A stretch of DNA of 64,000 nt from Candidatus Limnocylindrales bacterium (GCA_038239115.1 JBBSFD010000013.1:2560-66559), one strand, 5' to 3'; positions 8,899 to 17,584 are shown, counted from the first letter of the stretch. Numbers and translations are program-made. Notes: a model not told the origin generated them from the sequence alone.

Positions 8899-9951
8899 AT
8901 GTCGACCCTCTCGCGCAAGACCGCCCTGGCCGAGCTCCACTGTCACCTCGGCGGGGCCGTCACGCCTTCGATCATGTGGGGCATCGCCCATTCCCAGGGG
9001 ATCAAGCTGCCGACCAAGGACTACTGGGAATTCCGGGACATGATCACCGTCTCGAACCGGCGCAGCCGGAGCTTCGACGGCTATCTCCAGCTGTTCCACT
9101 GGACCGAGCTGATCCAGTCCTCGCCGCTGGCCGTCGAACGCTCGGTCTACGAGGTGATCGGCGGGGCCTATCGCAAGAACAACATCACCACGACCGAGCT
9201 GCGCTTCAACCCGATGAAGCGCAACCGGGGCGGCGAGCAGGACCTCGACCACATCATCGCGGCCGCGGTCCGGGGCATGGACCGGGCCTCGCTCGAGTAT
9301 CCGGTCAAGCCCGGCCTGATCTTCTGCCTCGACCGGGCGTTCCCCTACGAGCTCAACGAGATCATCGTGGAGAAGGCGATCACCTGGCACGATCGGGGCA
9401 TCGTCGGGGTCGACATCGCCGGACCCGAGAGCTCGACCTTCCGGGTGGCCGACTACCGCCGCCTGTTCCGCCGGGCGCGCCAGTTCGGCCTCGGCCTGAC
9501 CGTCCATACCGGCGAATCCGGGCCGGTCGAGGAGGTCGCCCGGGTGATCGAGCTGCTCGAGCCCGACCGAATCGGTCACGGGGTCAAGGCGGCCTACGAC
9601 CCGCGGGCGATGGAGATGCTGCGCGACCGGGGCATCGTCCTCGAGATCTGCCCTGCCTCGAACCTGAACACCCGGGTCGTGGCCAGCTGGGAGGAGTTCC
9701 GCTGGATCTTCGACCAGTTCCGGCGCAACGAGGTCCGCTTCACGATCAACACCGACGGCCCGGAGATGCTCAAGACGTACATCCGGGACGAGCTCCAGAC
9801 CCTCGGCCGGCTGGGCATCCTGTCGCCCGAGGATCAGCGCCAGGCCATCGAGACGGCCCAGGCGGCGTCCTTCGTGCCCAACGTCACCGACGTCATCCCG
9901 TCGGTGCTCGAGCCGGCTCGCCGGGTCGAAGTCGAGCGCGAAGAGGCCTGA
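8899..9951 (+). CDS. adenosine/adenine deaminase family metallohydrolase
   Basis: 350 aa. Motifs ELHCHLGG, VHTGE, IGHG and INTDGP (TDG where canonical ADA has TDD). Confidence 0.8.
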   Translation: MSTLSRKTALAELHCHLGGAVTPSIMWGIAHSQGIKLPTKDYWEFRDMITVSNRRSRSFDGYLQLFHWTELIQSSPLAVERSVYEVIGGAYRKNNITTTELRFNPMKRNRGGEQDLDHIIAAAVRGMDRASLEYPVKPGLIFCLDRAFPYELNEIIVEKAITWHDRGIVGVDIAGPESSTFRVADYRRLFRRARQFGLGLTVHTGESGPVEEVARVIELLEPDRIGHGVKAAYDPRAMEMLRDRGIVLEICPASNLNTRVVASWEEFRWIFDQFRRNEVRFTINTDGPEMLKTYIRDELQTLGRLGILSPEDQRQAIETAQAASFVPNVTDVIPSVLEPARRVEVEREEA

Positions 9952-9956
9952 CGCCA

Positions 9957-9998
9957 GGTCAGTCGGGGCGGGTCAGTCGGGGCGGGTCAGTCGGGGCG
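9957..9998. repeat. perfect 14-nt tandem repeat x3 (GGTCAGTCGGGGCG) at convergent gene ends
   Basis: Units at 9957-9970, 9971-9984 and 9985-9998. The third unit supplies the last codons and the TGA stop of the minus-strand regulator that ends at 9987. Confidence 0.9.
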
Positions 9999-10712
9999 GG
10001 CCGAGATCCGGTAGGTGCAGCAGCGATCGCCCGAGGCGATGTGCGTCTCGCGGGTCACCTCCGCGCCCAGGACATCGCGGAACAGCTCCAGCTCGGCCTC
10101 GCAGGCCGCCGGGTTGCCATTGGCCACGTGGAAGATCGCGCAGTTGTGCTCGCGCAGCCGGATCGAGCCGTCCGGCGACAGCTCGGCCCCGCACAGGTAG
10201 CCCTGCTCGTCCTGGATCACGGCCAGCTCGCGGACTCGCTCCAGGAATGGGGCCTGGTCGCCGACCGCCTCGTCGAGGCGGCGTTTGATTCGTTCGGCGG
10301 TCTGGGTCCGGCGGGCGCTGAAGACCCGGTCGACCAGCTCGCGGCCGCCGATCGAATCGATCGCCGCGATCAGTCCAGCGGCCAGGCCGTCGTAGTTGGC
10401 CGGGAAGAGCTGTTGGGCGCTGGCCGTGACGTCGTACAGGTGGCGCGGCCGGCCAACGCCATGACGCTCGGTCCGGCGCGAGACGAGGCCGTCGGTCTCG
10501 AGCACCCGGAGCTGCTGCAGGACGCCCGTCCGGCTGGCGCCGACCAGGACGGCCAGCTGGTCGGGTGAGCTTGGACCGGCGGTCCGCAGGGCCAGGACGA
10601 GCTCCCGGTGGAGGGTCGGGGCGTGGCCTTCGAGGACGGCGCCGGCAGCGGCGTGGCCATTCGCGCCGCGCGATGCGGCCGGTTGCGGAACGTCGGGCTG
10701 TGGGCCACCCAT
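9987..10712 (-). CDS. winged-helix (ArsR/DeoR-like) regulator with SufR-type C-terminal Cys ligands
   Basis: Only the last 241 codons of ORF 9987..11849 look coding; the rest is antisense to the acyl-CoA dehydrogenase. HTH is LAVLVGASRTGVLQQLRVLETDGLV. Cys pattern is HNC-x12-C-x27-C (CAIFHVANGNPAAC...DRCC). Confidence 0.7.
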   Translation of the reverse strand: MGGPQPDVPQPAASRGANGHAAAGAVLEGHAPTLHRELVLALRTAGPSSPDQLAVLVGASRTGVLQQLRVLETDGLVSRRTERHGVGRPRHLYDVTASAQQLFPANYDGLAAGLIAAIDSIGGRELVDRVFSARRTQTAERIKRRLDEAVGDQAPFLERVRELAVIQDEQGYLCGAELSPDGSIRLREHNCAIFHVANGNPAACEAELELFRDVLGAEVTRETHIASGDRCCTYRISARPD

Positions 10713-10799
10713 TCCGCTGAGGCTAGCAGAGGCCCGCCCGGCCCGCTGTGGAGCGACCGGGGAGCGCCCGGCCAGGACGTGTCGGTGTACCCTCGCCGG

Positions 10800-11987
10800 G
10801 TGGACCTCGACCTTTCGCCCGAGCACGCGCTCCTGCGCGACACGATCCGCGAATTCATGCTGGCTGAGGTCGCGCCGCACGTCGACGAGCACGAGCGGGC
10901 TCGTGAGTTTCCGCGCCCGATCGTGGATCGCCTGGGGGGCATGGGCTGGCTGGGCATCCCGTTTCCCGAGTCCGAAGGAGGGGCGGGCCTCGATACCCTG
11001 GCCTACGCCATCGCGGTCGAGGAGATCGGCCGGGTGTGGGGCTCCCTCGGCCTGATCGTGGCGGCCCACACCAGCCTCGGTTGCGGACCGATCCACAGCT
11101 CCGGCACGGCCGACCAGCAGATGCGCTACCTCGTGCCGATGGCGGAGGGCAAGGTCATCGGGGCCTACGGCCTGACCGAGCCGGGCGCCGGCTCCGATTC
11201 GGGTGGGACCCGGACCACGGCCCGCTTCGAAGACGGCCCGGACGGCGGCTGCTGGGTGCTTGACGGCGGCAAGCGCTTCATCACCAATGCCGGCCAGGCC
11301 GGCACCTACATCATCACGGCCCGAACCGGGACCCGGCCCGCCCGGGCCGGCTCGGACGATGAGGATTCGGCCGAGATCAGCGCATTCATCGTGCCCGCCG
11401 ATACCCCCGGCTTCAGCGTCGGCCGGCTCGAGGAGAAGATGGGCCTGCACGCCTCGGCCACGGGCGAGCTGATCTTCGAGGCGGCCCGAGTGCCCGCGGC
11501 GAACCTCCTGGGCGAGCGCGGCGGTGGCTTCCACATCGCCCTGCAGACGCTCGACGGAGGCCGGATCAGCATCGGCGCCCTGGCCGTGGGCCTGGCCCAG
11601 GCCGCCCTCGACGCGGCAATTCCCTACGCCCAGACGCGCCAGCAGTTCGGCCGGCCGATCGGCTCCTTCCAGGGCGTGGCGTTCATGATCGCCGACATGG
11701 CCACCGAGATCGAAGCCGCCCGGCAGCTCGTCTGGCGGGCGGCCTGGCTCAAGGACCAGGGCCGTGACTACGGCCTGGCCGCGGCCCAGGCCAAGCTGTT
11801 CGCCTCGGAGGTCAGCGCCCGGGCGACGAATGCCGCCATCCAGGTCCACGGTGGCTACGGCTACGTCGAGGAATACAAGGTCGAGCGCTACCTGCGCGAC
11901 GCCAAGCTGACCGAGATCGGCGAAGGCACGAGCCAGATCCAGCGGCTCGTCATCGCCCGGCGGATCCTCGGCCTGCGGGTCGTCTAG
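10800..11987 (+). CDS. acyl-CoA dehydrogenase
   Basis: Family-typical N-terminus VDLDLSPEHALLRDTIREF from GTG at 10800. C-terminal motif QVHGGYGYVEEYKVERYLRDAKLTEIGEGTSQIQ. The track start at 10608 would overlap the divergent regulator. Confidence 0.88.
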   Translation: MDLDLSPEHALLRDTIREFMLAEVAPHVDEHERAREFPRPIVDRLGGMGWLGIPFPESEGGAGLDTLAYAIAVEEIGRVWGSLGLIVAAHTSLGCGPIHSSGTADQQMRYLVPMAEGKVIGAYGLTEPGAGSDSGGTRTTARFEDGPDGGCWVLDGGKRFITNAGQAGTYIITARTGTRPARAGSDDEDSAEISAFIVPADTPGFSVGRLEEKMGLHASATGELIFEAARVPAANLLGERGGGFHIALQTLDGGRISIGALAVGLAQAALDAAIPYAQTRQQFGRPIGSFQGVAFMIADMATEIEAARQLVWRAAWLKDQGRDYGLAAAQAKLFASEVSARATNAAIQVHGGYGYVEEYKVERYLRDAKLTEIGEGTSQIQRLVIARRILGLRVV

Positions 11988-11990
11988 CGG

Positions 11991-12497
11991 CTAGGGATTG
12001 CCCCCGCCGCCGCCATCGCTGCCGTTGCCGCCGTCGCCCGCGGCGGTGGTCAGGACCTGCTGCAGGGCGCTTCGGAACTGGCTGCCCCACGGCCCCTGGC
12101 CCGTAGCCACGTAGGGCGACGGGTCGAGCGACTCGTACGTCGCCGGATCGGTCACGAAGCTCTGGGCACAGGTCGCGACCTCGATGGAAAGGCGGTTCCA
12201 GGTGGCCGAGTCGGCAAAGATGTAGATGTGGATGCGGACCGGCGCGGCCTGGTCCAGGCCACTCGCGGTGAAGCCGATCGCGGTGGGGACCAGCTTCGGA
12301 TCCTTGCACCCGGCATCGCCCGAGACCTGCTGGTTGACGGTGATCCCGGCGTCCGAGAGGGCGGCCACGATGCCCGGGAAGTTGGCCGGACTGGGCGCCG
12401 GCAGGTCGGCCGTCTTCGTGCCGCAAGCAACCACGGCCAGGCTCAGGCCGAGCGACCCGACAAGCAGCGCGACGTGTCGGGCGATCGACCGGGACAT
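11991..12497 (-). CDS. lipoprotein, function unknown
   Basis: Starts at Met 12497 with signal peptide and lipobox MSRSIARHVALLVGSLGLSLAVVAC. Gly-rich tail. The longer track ORF adds an Arg-rich leader that is unlikely to be real. Confidence 0.65.
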   Translation of the reverse strand: MSRSIARHVALLVGSLGLSLAVVACGTKTADLPAPSPANFPGIVAALSDAGITVNQQVSGDAGCKDPKLVPTAIGFTASGLDQAAPVRIHIYIFADSATWNRLSIEVATCAQSFVTDPATYESLDPSPYVATGQGPWGSQFRSALQQVLTTAAGDGGNGSDGGGGGNP

Positions 12498-12666
12498 CGC
12501 CCCGAGGCTACCACCCGACCGCCGTTTCCGCGTCCGGCGGCCAGGCCGTTTGCCGGCCGATCGCCGGCCGGGTCGGCGTATCGTAGGATTGGCGTGCCCC
12601 GGCCACTGCTCGACGTCCGTCGAGGTCGTTCGTCGAGCCCGCCCTTCAGCCCCGATCGAGGACCCG

Positions 12667-13509
12667 TTGCCCGACATCCGACCGTTCCGCGCCCTTCGTT
12701 ACGAGCCGGAGATCGTGGGCGACCTGGCCGCCGTGGTCAGTCCGCCGTACGAGCTGGTCGACGCCCCGGTCGCGGCCGAGCTCCAGGCGCGCCACCCCAA
12801 GAATGCCGTCCGGCTGGACGTGCCCGGCGACGAGCAGGGGGATGGTCCGGACGACCAGTACCGGCGGACCGCTCGAACGTTCGCGGCCTGGCGTTCCGAC
12901 GGCACCCTGCGCAAGGACCCGCGGCCGTCGCTGTACGTCTACGAACAGGCGGCCGGTGGCGCGGCCAGGCTGGGCTTCTTCGGCCGTCTCCGGCTCGAGC
13001 CCCTCGGGCCCGCGGCGGGCGTGATCTCCGATGACCGCGGTCCGACCCCGCCCCGCGATGATCGCTACAAGCTCCTGCGGGCAACCGGCGTGAACACCAG
13101 CCCGATCGTAGGGACCTACGCCGACCCGAGCGGCGAGGCCGCCCGGATCCTGGCCGCGGCCACCCGGACCCACCCGATCATCGACCTGGTCGACGACGCC
13201 GGCATTCGTCACCGAATGTGGTCGCTGGCCGCCGATGGGCCGGACGCGGAGCCCGTCGCCCGGCTGGTCGCGATCGTGGGCGGCGGGCCGCTGAACCTGG
13301 TCGACGGCCGGCGTCGCTACGATGCGGGCCTGCGCTACCGGGACGAGCGGCGGATGAGCCGCTCGTGCGAGGAAGATCCCGCTTTCGACTACATCCTGGC
13401 CCTGTTCTTCGAAGCGCCTGCGCCTGCGGACGCGCCCGCAGGTGAGCCGGCGGGCTCGAGCCTGCCTCGGCCGCCGACGGGCCTCCTGATCAACCCCCTT
13501 GAGTGGTGA
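12667..13509 (+). CDS. DUF1015-like protein, short and divergent (start uncertain, TTG 12667 proposed)
   Basis: LPDIRPFRALRYEP..VVSPPYELV..YVYEQ..DDRYKLLRATGVNTSPIVGTYAD..LVDGRRRYDAGLRY follows the DUF1015 block order. It lacks the usual His residues and the C-terminal half. Confidence 0.6.
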   Translation: MPDIRPFRALRYEPEIVGDLAAVVSPPYELVDAPVAAELQARHPKNAVRLDVPGDEQGDGPDDQYRRTARTFAAWRSDGTLRKDPRPSLYVYEQAAGGAARLGFFGRLRLEPLGPAAGVISDDRGPTPPRDDRYKLLRATGVNTSPIVGTYADPSGEAARILAAATRTHPIIDLVDDAGIRHRMWSLAADGPDAEPVARLVAIVGGGPLNLVDGRRRYDAGLRYRDERRMSRSCEEDPAFDYILALFFEAPAPADAPAGEPAGSSLPRPPTGLLINPLEW

Positions 13510-13513
13510 CCCG

Positions 13514-14383
13514 ATGACCGAGACTTCGACCGGCAGCCGGCCCGTGGCCGCTCCCGTACCCACCCGGCCCGTCCGCAAGGACGAGATCGAGCTGAGCGAG
13601 CGGGGCATCTACGTGGAGTCGTGGCTGCCCGAACGGCGCTCGCGCCGGCGGCCGCTCCTGTTCGTCCATGGCGAGCTGGCCGGCTCGTGGGTCTGGGAGC
13701 GCCATCTCCAGTACTTCGCGGCCCGGGGCTGGGAAGGCCACGCCCTCAACCTGCGCAACCATTTCTGGTCGCAGACGGCCGACCCGACCACCCTGTCCTT
13801 CGACACGTACACGGAGGACGTCCTCGAGGCCATCGACCGGCTGGGCGATTCGGTCGTCGTCGTGGGCCACGGGATGGGCGGCCTGCTGGCCCTCAAGGCG
13901 GTCGAGCGGCGGCCCGTGGGCGGCCTCGTCCTGCTCTCGTCCGAGCTGCCCCGCGAGCTGCGCCAGCCGGCCCACGCCCACGAGCTGCGCGAGGTGCCCG
14001 ACGTCTACGGGCGCGACGTGCTGGGCTGGGAGACGCTGCCCGAGCGCCTCCAGCGCGACCATCGCGACCTGGCCCTGGCCGACATCCTGAGGATCCAGCA
14101 CCTGCTCGGCCAGAAGCCCCATGAATCCGGCGCCGCCCGGCGCCAGGTCATCGCCGGCGTGCCCATCGAGCAGGCCCGCCTGGCCGGCATCCCGACCCTG
14201 GTCATCGGGGCCGGCCTCGATCGCTATGTCCCCGAGCCCTCCAGCGAGCGCCTGGCCGAGTGGCTGGGGGCCGAGTACGAGCCGTTCGGGGCGCACTCCC
14301 ACTTCGGCCTGATCCTGGGCGAAACGAGCCATCTCCAGGTCGCCGAGACGATCCGGGCCTTCCTCGAGGCGAACCGCCTGTAG
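13514..14383 (+). CDS. alpha/beta-fold protein with Gly at the nucleophile position
   Basis: LLFVHGELAGSWVW..VVVVGHGMGGLLALK. The nucleophile elbow reads G-H-G-M-G (GGG codon at 13871-13873) instead of G-H-S-M-G. An alternative TTG start lies at 13499. Confidence 0.75.
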   Translation: MTETSTGSRPVAAPVPTRPVRKDEIELSERGIYVESWLPERRSRRRPLLFVHGELAGSWVWERHLQYFAARGWEGHALNLRNHFWSQTADPTTLSFDTYTEDVLEAIDRLGDSVVVVGHGMGGLLALKAVERRPVGGLVLLSSELPRELRQPAHAHELREVPDVYGRDVLGWETLPERLQRDHRDLALADILRIQHLLGQKPHESGAARRQVIAGVPIEQARLAGIPTLVIGAGLDRYVPEPSSERLAEWLGAEYEPFGAHSHFGLILGETSHLQVAETIRAFLEANRL

Positions 14384-14438
14384 CGCTCGGGCTGGTATCA
14401 TTCCGGCCGGTCCGGCGCTCGACGCCACCGGCCGACCT

Positions 14439-14515
14439 GCCGCATTCGTCTAGAGGCCCAGGACACCGCCCTCTCAAGGCGGAGATCACCGGTTCGAATC
14501 CGGTATGCGGTACCA
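14439..14515 (+). tRNA. tRNA-Glu (anticodon CUC), CCA encoded
   Basis: Hand-folded cloverleaf. Acceptor GCCGCAT/ATGCGGT, anticodon arm CCGCC-CTCTCAA-GGCGG, T arm ACCGG-TTCGAAT-CCGGT, then A-CCA. Confidence 0.9.
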
Positions 14516-14558
14516 GCGACGTTGGTGCTGGGGCTGGGAGACCGTCCAGGGAGGCCCA

Positions 14559-15668
14559 GTGACCGAGTCGCCGACCCGTCGCCTGATCATCCTGGCCGAG
14601 GGTCACTTCGGACCCCATGACGGCAAGACCGCGATGGGCGTCATCCGCTACGGCGAGGACCCGATCGTGGCCGTGATCGATTCGACCAACGCCGGGCGCA
14701 ACGTCCAGGAGTGGTTCGACGATCGAGCCCGCTTCGACATCCCGATCGTGGCCTCGCTCGCGGACGGCCTGGCCCTGGCCCCCAGCCGGGGCGCCGCGAC
14801 GGCCCTCCTGATCGGGATCGCCCCGACGGGCGGCAAGCTGCCGGCGGACTGGCGGCGGACGATCCTCGAGTCGATCGCGGCCGGCCTGGACATCCTTTCG
14901 GGCCTGCACACCCTGATCGGCGACGACCCCGAGTTCGCCGCCGCGGCCAAGGCCGCCGGCGTCCGGATCATCGACTACCGGCGGCCGCCCGCCCGCGAGG
15001 AAACGGCCGTCGGACGCGGCCACGGGCCCGGCAAGCACGTCCTGCTGACGGTCGGCACGGACTGTGCGATCGGCAAGATGAGCGTGGCCCTCGAGCTCCG
15101 GCGGGCCGCCCTCGAGGCCGGCCTGGCGGCCGTCTTCGTGCCCACCGGCCAGACCGGGATGATGATCGACGGCTGGGGCGTGGCGGTCGACCGGGTGATC
15201 AGCGACTTTTCGAACGGGACCTGCGAGTGGCTCGTCGAGCAGGCCGAGGCCAAGGGCGACTGGATCATCGTCGAGGGCCAGGGCTCGCTCGACCACCCCG
15301 CCTACAGCGCGGTCACCCTGGGCCTGATCCACGGCACGACGCCGCAGGCCATGGTCATGGTCCACAAGCCCGGCCTGGCGGAGCACGACTGGGACCACGT
15401 CGCCGGCCGCGAGTTCCCGCTCCAGCCGCTGTCCAGCTTCATCCGCCTGCACGAGCAGGTGGCCGGGATCGTGGCCCCGTCGAAGGTCGTGGCGATCGCC
15501 CTGAACACCTCGCTCTACCCCGACGAGGCCGATGCCCGCCGAATCATCGCCGAGACCGCGGCCGAGACCGGCCTGCCCGTGGACGACCCGGTCCGCTTCG
15601 GCCCGACCCGCCTGTGGGCCGGCATCCAGGCCGGCGTCGAGGCGCTGGCGGCGCCGTCGATCGGATGA
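14559..15668 (+). CDS. DUF1611 family protein (DgcN-like N-acetyltransferase candidate)
   Basis: GTG at 14559 is preceded by GGGAGG. Protein starts RLIILAEGHFGPHDGKTAMGVIRYG and contains a P-loop-like TVGTDCAIGKMS. The track start at 14505 overlaps the tRNA. Confidence 0.8.
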   Translation: MTESPTRRLIILAEGHFGPHDGKTAMGVIRYGEDPIVAVIDSTNAGRNVQEWFDDRARFDIPIVASLADGLALAPSRGAATALLIGIAPTGGKLPADWRRTILESIAAGLDILSGLHTLIGDDPEFAAAAKAAGVRIIDYRRPPAREETAVGRGHGPGKHVLLTVGTDCAIGKMSVALELRRAALEAGLAAVFVPTGQTGMMIDGWGVAVDRVISDFSNGTCEWLVEQAEAKGDWIIVEGQGSLDHPAYSAVTLGLIHGTTPQAMVMVHKPGLAEHDWDHVAGREFPLQPLSSFIRLHEQVAGIVAPSKVVAIALNTSLYPDEADARRIIAETAAETGLPVDDPVRFGPTRLWAGIQAGVEALAAPSIG

Positions 15669-16729
15669 GCCTGGCCCTCTCCAGCGAGATCGTCCGGCTG
15701 CCCTATCGGGAGCCCTTCCGGATCGCACGGGCCCATGGTGGCGAGGGCATGAGCTCGGTCGTGGTCGAGCTCCGCCACGACGCCTGGCCCGGCCTGGTCG
15801 GCCTGGGCGAGGGCTACCCCGACGCCTACTACGGCGAGACGCTGGAAACGATCGCGGTGGTCCTGCCCATGCTCCTGGCCTCGATCGATGCCGGGGACCT
15901 CGAGGTGGTCTCGAGCGAGACGGCCGGTTCGTTCCTGGCTTCGATCGGCGAGGGCTTCAACGCGGTGATCGCCCGCCACGGCGCGGCCAAGTGTGCCCTC
16001 GACACTGCCGTCCACGACCTCGTCGGCAAGCGCCTCGACCTGCCCGTCCACCGTCTCCTCGGCCTGTCGCCGGAGATCGCGCCGACCGATTTCACGATCG
16101 GGCTCGACGAGCCGGCCGTGGTCGCCCAGCGGGCCGCCCGGGCGAGCCACTTCCCGGCGCTCAAGATCAAGGTCGGCGGCCCGGCCGACCTCGAGACGCT
16201 GGAGGCCGTCCGGCGCGTCTTCGCCGGCCCGATCCGGGTCGATGCCAACACGGCCTGGACGCCGGAGCAGGGCGCCGGCCTGATCGCCGACCTCGTCCGG
16301 CTCGGTGTCGAGCTGATCGAGCAGCCCTTCCCGGCGCACCGGCTCGACCAGCTGGGCTGGCTCCAGGAGCGCTCCGAGCTGCCCCTCGTCGCGGACGAGA
16401 GCGCGGTCACGATCGAGGACCTCGAGGGCCTCGTCGGGGTCGTCGACGGGGTCAACGTGAAGCTGGCCAAGTGCGGCGGGCCGGGACCCGCCCAGCGGAT
16501 GCTGGCCCGCGCCCGCGAGCTCGGCTTCAAGACATTCTTGGGCTGCATGGAAGAGACGTCGCTGGGCATCGCGGCCTCGGCCCACGTCGCGGCCCAGGTC
16601 GACTGGATCGATCTCGACGGCTGCCTGCTGATCGCCGGTGACCCGTTCGAAGGGCTCGAGCTCGGCCCGGACTGCCGCTGGCAGCTGACCGCCGAGCCGG
16701 GCCTCGGGATCCGGCGCCGGCCGGCCTGA
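15665..16729 (+). CDS. enolase-superfamily dipeptide epimerase / N-acylamino-acid racemase-like protein
   Basis: ATG at 15665 overlaps the upstream stop (ATGA). Metal and base motifs KIKVGG, RVDANTAW, IEQP and VADES are present. Confidence 0.85.
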   Translation: MSLALSSEIVRLPYREPFRIARAHGGEGMSSVVVELRHDAWPGLVGLGEGYPDAYYGETLETIAVVLPMLLASIDAGDLEVVSSETAGSFLASIGEGFNAVIARHGAAKCALDTAVHDLVGKRLDLPVHRLLGLSPEIAPTDFTIGLDEPAVVAQRAARASHFPALKIKVGGPADLETLEAVRRVFAGPIRVDANTAWTPEQGAGLIADLVRLGVELIEQPFPAHRLDQLGWLQERSELPLVADESAVTIEDLEGLVGVVDGVNVKLAKCGGPGPAQRMLARARELGFKTFLGCMEETSLGIAASAHVAAQVDWIDLDGCLLIAGDPFEGLELGPDCRWQLTAEPGLGIRRRPA

Positions 16730-16746
16730 GCACACGACACAGACGT

Positions 16747-16782
16747 GTGGACAACTTGGTGGACGAGATCGTGGACAAATCC
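16747..16782 (+). promoter_or_regulatory. three GTGGAC direct repeats phased exactly 12 nt apart, preceded by a CACACG-n7-CGTGTG palindrome
   Basis: GTGGAC starts at 16747, 16759 and 16771. The palindrome spans 16731-16749. The array lies about 150 nt upstream of the TTG-start gene at 16931. Confidence 0.4.
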
Positions 16783-16930
16783 CCGTCTCCGGACCGGGCT
16801 TCGGCCTATGATGGCGGGACGGGCTGAGGGACTCCGGGAGGAGGTCCCCGGCACCCAGATTCATGCGGCCAGACCGCCCGCTCCCGCGGTCGAGCGCGCC
16901 CTGTAGACGCGAGAGGAGGAGGGCTCTCCA

Positions 16931-17224
16931 TTGCCTGATACGCGCACGCCCGCCCCGGTTACGTTGCCACCGGAGGCGATCGAATTCGTGCGCTTCTGCT
17001 ACCGCCGACGGCGGGTCGGCTGGCCGGAGCTGTACGACGAAATGTGCGCGGTTGCGAACCAGGGGCTGTACCAGGGTTGGGGCCTGGACGAGCTCTCGGA
17101 GCACGGGATCGGGTTCTCACTATTCGAGACGCCGACCCTGGCTCGAGTCGCAGCGGATGTCGCCCGGGAGGAATCAGGGCGACGCCCAACCGCCGAGATC
17201 CCGGTTCCGGTGGGAGCCCACTGA
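16931..17224 (+). CDS. small conserved-looking hypothetical protein
   Basis: 97 aa. TTG start is preceded by a strong GAGAGGAGGAGGG. Non-repetitive sequence EAIEFVRFCYRRRRVGWPELYDEMCAVANQGLYQGWGLDELSEHGIGF. Confidence 0.6.
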   Translation: MPDTRTPAPVTLPPEAIEFVRFCYRRRRVGWPELYDEMCAVANQGLYQGWGLDELSEHGIGFSLFETPTLARVAADVAREESGRRPTAEIPVPVGAH

Positions 17225-17254
17225 CGGGGGTCCAACCACCGCACGAGCAAACTC

Positions 17255-17283
17255 ACGGCCCCTGTCGACGCGGCAGGGGCCGT
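17255..17283. terminator. GC-rich hairpin between convergent small genes
   Basis: ACGGCCCCTG-TCGACGCGG-CAGGGGCCGT. Only short T tracts on either strand. Confidence 0.45.
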
Positions 17284-17326
17284 TGGATTCCTGGTCGGAT
17301 TGGCCGTCCGTCGGATCGGGCCCGGA

Positions 17327-17554
17327 TCAGGCCCGGATCTTGCGCCGGGCCATCTCGCCCTCGATCTGGCGCTCGGCCTCCACGTACTTGTCGATCTGAT
17401 CGCGCAGGTCGTTGGCCTCGGGTGTGTACAGGTGGGCCTGCTGCTGGAGGACGTAGCTCAGGCGGCGACTGCTCATCCGGACGTGGTCGAGGTTCTTCAT
17501 GAGCACCAGCGGATCCATGGCCGCCAGGTCGGCCGGGTCGTACATCTCCTGCAT
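17327..17554 (-). CDS. small helical hypothetical protein
   Basis: 75 aa, MQEMYDPADLAAMDPLVLMKNLDHVRMSSRRLSYVLQQQAHLYTPEANDLRDQIDKYVEAERQIEGEMARRKIRA. Lies 30 nt downstream of the methyltransferase on the same strand. Confidence 0.6.
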   Translation of the reverse strand: MQEMYDPADLAAMDPLVLMKNLDHVRMSSRRLSYVLQQQAHLYTPEANDLRDQIDKYVEAERQIEGEMARRKIRA

Positions 17555-17584
17555 GCCCGCATTCTAGCGGGCCGCCGGATCGGG

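Noticed and set aside
9957-9998. Tandem repeats as a possible CRISPR array
   Set aside because: Units are 14 nt, directly abutting with no spacers, and there are only three copies. No cas genes are present.
16747-16827. 26-codon GTG ORF (VDNLVDEIVDKSPSPDRASAYDGGTG) as a RiPP precursor or leader peptide
   Set aside because: There is no Shine-Dalgarno sequence, no adjacent maturation genes and no recognisable precursor motif. The 12-nt periodicity is better explained as a DNA repeat.
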